A program made the position numbers and the translations under genes. A stretch of 32,000 bases of DNA from Planctomycetales bacterium (GTDB taxonomy: Bacteria > 4484-113 > JAFGCY01). The stretch covers positions 2,160,001 through 2,192,000 of the forward strand of contig CP060262.1 of the NCBI GenBank assembly GCA_022646745.1, read 5' to 3'. Below are positions 30,527 to 32,000 of this stretch, in pieces. The notes beneath the pieces were generated by a model. That model ran no database searches, was not told the origin of the DNA, and saw only the letters and a program-made list of their open reading frames with translations. Every line of letters starts with the position of its first letter. The stretch's first letter is position 1.

Positions 30527-30589
30527 TCTTCGCGCCTTCGTGACAACAAAATAGTTTGCATAAACCACGAAGTCACGAAGGCACGAAGA
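30527..30589. repeat. Hairpin module B: 18-bp stem (17/18 paired) built from CTTCGTG-type words, 27-nt AT-rich loop
   Basis: TCTTCGCGCCTTCGTGAC (30527-44) pairs with GTCACGAAGGCACGAAGA (30572-89). The loop contains ATAGTTTG (30551-58). Confidence 0.8.
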
Positions 30590-30617
30590 ATGGACGGGGT
30601 TGGGATTGACGGAACCG

Positions 30618-30672
30618 GAAGTAGGGAGGCGGTAATACCGACTCACGGGATGGGGTTTTACCCCATCCCTAC
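30618..30672. repeat. Second copy of the double-hairpin REP-like element (see 9868-9922)
   Basis: GAAGTAGGGAGGCGGTAATACCGACTCACGGGATGGGGTTTTACCCCATCCCTAC. The second hairpin is intact and the first is partly eroded. Confidence 0.75.
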
Positions 30673-30930
30673 CTCAAAGAACTTGGCAACATGCCCTCAC
30701 TCGCGGACTGCGGTGCGCACGCAGTACCCGCTCGGGTGCTGGCGTCGCTTGGCGACGCCGGTACACTTATCGTTTGATTCATCGACAAGCTCAAGTACCG
30801 GCGCAGCCATGACGCGAGCAATGAGCAATGAAGACTGAGCAATGAGCCTGACAAACATCTTCTTCCACTGTGGAACTCTGTGGATCTCTGTGTTTGACAA
30901 TCCTCTTACATCCATGTTGCCAAAATAGTA

Positions 30931-31400
30931 CCGGCGCGCGCTTCGTGCGCCTGGGAGTGGATGCTGCGAGGTTCGCAAGACAGATGGGCTTGGCAATCTG
31001 ATTGATTCACTCCACGCCTCTGTTCTTTCTCTGCGCCTCTGCGCCTATAGAACCATGCTGGCGAGCACGGTGCTTCCCGCGCGACTGCGCGTCTTGATAG
31101 TTTGTACCTGAGCGCTTCATATTCGTTCGAGTGGCAGCGTAACCTGCGTAGCGGTTCTTTTGGCGCAGAGGCGCAGAGGGATCCTGAGACGCAGAGGAAA
31201 TCAGCTATCTGGCAACATTCACTCACTCGCAAATCGCATTGCGCACGAATTACCCGCTCGCGTGCTGGCGTCGCATGGCGACGCCGCTACTGCTTATCAT
31301 TTCTTCCTGCTTCTCATTCTCATTCTGTTTCTCTTACTGCCCACTGACAACTGACCACTAACAACTTCTTCCACTATTCGCACTATTCGCACTATCCGGA
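30931..31400. repeat. Composite intergenic repeat unit 2 (R1b, hairpin module C, R2b 31209-31302, word-repeat tail)
   Basis: Same module order as unit 1, offset ~490-525 bp. The tail holds TTCTCATTC, CTGAC(A/C)ACT and CACTATTCG short repeats. The CTTCTTCCACT junction is shared with unit 1 (30858-68 against 31366-76). Confidence 0.7.
31029..31178. repeat. Hairpin module C: perfect 17-bp inverted repeat of CTCTGCGC-type words around a 116-nt spacer
   Basis: CTCTGCGCCTCTGCGCC (31029-45) against GGCGCAGAGGCGCAGAG (31162-78). The spacer contains ATAGTTTG (31097-31104). Confidence 0.8.
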
Positions 31401-31406
31401 CCATTG

Positions 31407-31447
31407 CCAGACTGTCGTCTGGCCTCCACGCCTGGCTTGCGCCAGGC
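31407..31447 (-). terminator. Two GC-rich hairpins just downstream of the DUF2207 stop (possible terminator; no U-tract)
   Basis: GCCTGGC-ttgc-GCCAGGC (31430-47) and CCAGAC-tgtc-GTCTGG (31407-22), plus-strand coordinates. Confidence 0.3.
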
Positions 31448-31452
31448 CTCCA

Positions 31453-32000
31453 TCACCAGCCCTTGCCGCCACCGCCGCCACCGCCGCCGCCGCTGTAGCC
31501 GCCGCCACTGCTTGAGCTCGAGCTGCTGCTGAAGCCGCTGCCGGAGCTGCTGCCCCAGCTGCCGCTCGAAGTGCTGCCACCGCCCCAGCCGCCGCCGGAG
31601 GAGGAACTGCTGGACGGGGGAGGCGGGGGCGGGTGCGAGGCCGAGCGGTAGCGCCGGGCCAGTGAGCGTGGCATCACGTTGCCAAAGGAGGTGTAGTCAA
31701 ACTGGTTGCGGTAGACGTAGTCATCCTTGCGGCCGGCATACCAGTCCGGCCGTGACAGGCTGCGGCCGGCTGCCGCCGAGACCTTGCGCAGCTTCAGCAC
31801 CCATTCGAGGTTGACACCGAGCGCCACCGCATAGGGCAGGTACTTCTGCTGCAGCACCTCATCGGCGTACTGGTATTCCCCGAGGCTGTCCTCGCCGCCG
31901 CGCATCGCCAGCCTAAAGCCGTGAATGCGGTCCAGCACGGCACGCCCGAGTGCATTGTATGCCGGCATCAGGATGTAGAAGGTCCCGGAGATTGCCACAA
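31453..32000 (-). CDS. DUF2207-type membrane protein, C-terminal part (N-terminus beyond the window end) with a Pro/Ser/Gly low-complexity tail
   Basis: …GFRLAMRGGE…YQYADEVLQQKYLPYAVALGV… resembles the conserved DUF2207 C-terminal block (…LPYA.ALG…). It is followed by PPPPPPSSSSSSGGGWGGG…GGGGGGGGKGW. The frame stays open to the window end. Confidence 0.65.
   Translation of the reverse strand, partial: VAISGTFYILMPAYNALGRAVLDRIHGFRLAMRGGEDSLGEYQYADEVLQQKYLPYAVALGVNLEWVLKLRKVSAAAGRSLSRPDWYAGRKDDYVYRNQFDYTSFGNVMPRSLARRYRSASHPPPPPPSSSSSSGGGWGGGSTSSGSWGSSSGSGFSSSSSSSSGGGYSGGGGGGGGGKGW

Larger units (their letters stand above)
30439..30930. repeat. Composite intergenic repeat unit 1 (R1a 30439-30508, hairpin module B, REP-like element, R2a 30682-30775, word-repeat tail)
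   Basis: R1a aligns with 30928-30999 and R2a with 31209-31302, both at ~75-80% identity by eye. The tail holds GAGCAATGA and CTCTGTG short repeats. Confidence 0.7.

Noticed and set aside
30690-30776. 28-codon ORF (MPSLADCGAHAVPARVLASLGDAGTLIV) inside repeat R2a
   Set aside because: The ATG is ATT in copy R2b and the frame is not preserved there, so the conservation is at nucleotide or structure level, not coding.
30991-31008. Sigma-54-like TGGCAA-N5-TTGAT (and TGGCAA in the other R1/R2 copies)
   Set aside because: The -12 element lacks the GC of TTGC. Copy R1a has no -12-like element at the right spacing. No bEBP gene or UAS is evident.
31392-31580. 62-aa poly-Ala ORF on the minus strand
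   Set aside because: It is an alternate frame of the Gly/Ser/Pro low-complexity tail of the DUF2207 gene and extends into the non-coding region. No independent support exists.

Overview
High-GC bacterial chromosomal window. I recognised no rRNA, tRNA, CRISPR array or transposase gene. All calls come from reading the translations and nucleotides by eye (motifs, start/stop geometry, SD sequences, repeats); no database search was run.

Left to right:
(1) 1-5117, minus strand: a tightly packed cassette. It encodes a Hanks-type Ser/Thr kinase fused to beta-helix repeats, an orphan NrdG-like radical-SAM activase, a 424-aa coiled-coil protein and a ClpA/B-D2-like AAA+ ATPase. The ATPase runs off the left edge and is missing from the supplied ORF track; I translated it by hand. 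The last three genes are joined by ATGA and GTGA start/stop overlaps. This is my best candidate for an undescribed system.
(2) 5137-10848: a fused hydantoinase A/B (5-oxoprolinase-type) gene, a DUF2461 gene and a secreted redoxin.
(3) 10845-23728, minus strand: one uninterrupted 12-cistron block, trpE-trpG-trpD-trpC-(trpF.trpB)-trpA-aroF-aroA-aroE-aroC-(aroK.aroB)-aroQ. It covers all seven shikimate steps and all tryptophan steps. Every junction overlaps or has a 1-nt gap. It is preceded by a TATAAT promoter candidate and a leader ORF containing W-L-W-W.
(4) 24030-28408: rpiA and a 1226-aa FG-GAP/VCBS + ASPIC/UnbV lipoprotein.
(5) 28540-29139: an apparently leaderless ArsR/SmtB regulator, a textbook intrinsic terminator, and an untracked 52-aa ORF with 9 Cys (metallothionein-like candidate).
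(6) 29146-31452: about 2.3 kb of repeat-dense non-coding DNA on both sides of a 225-aa orphan ORF. It holds nested inverted repeats, a heptamer array, three serial CAT-loop hairpins, two tandem ~490-bp composite units, and a double-hairpin element also present at 9.87 kb.
(7) 31453-32000: the C-terminal part of a DUF2207-type protein.

Many long ORFs in the supplied track are antisense or alternate-frame artefacts of high GC content and were rejected.
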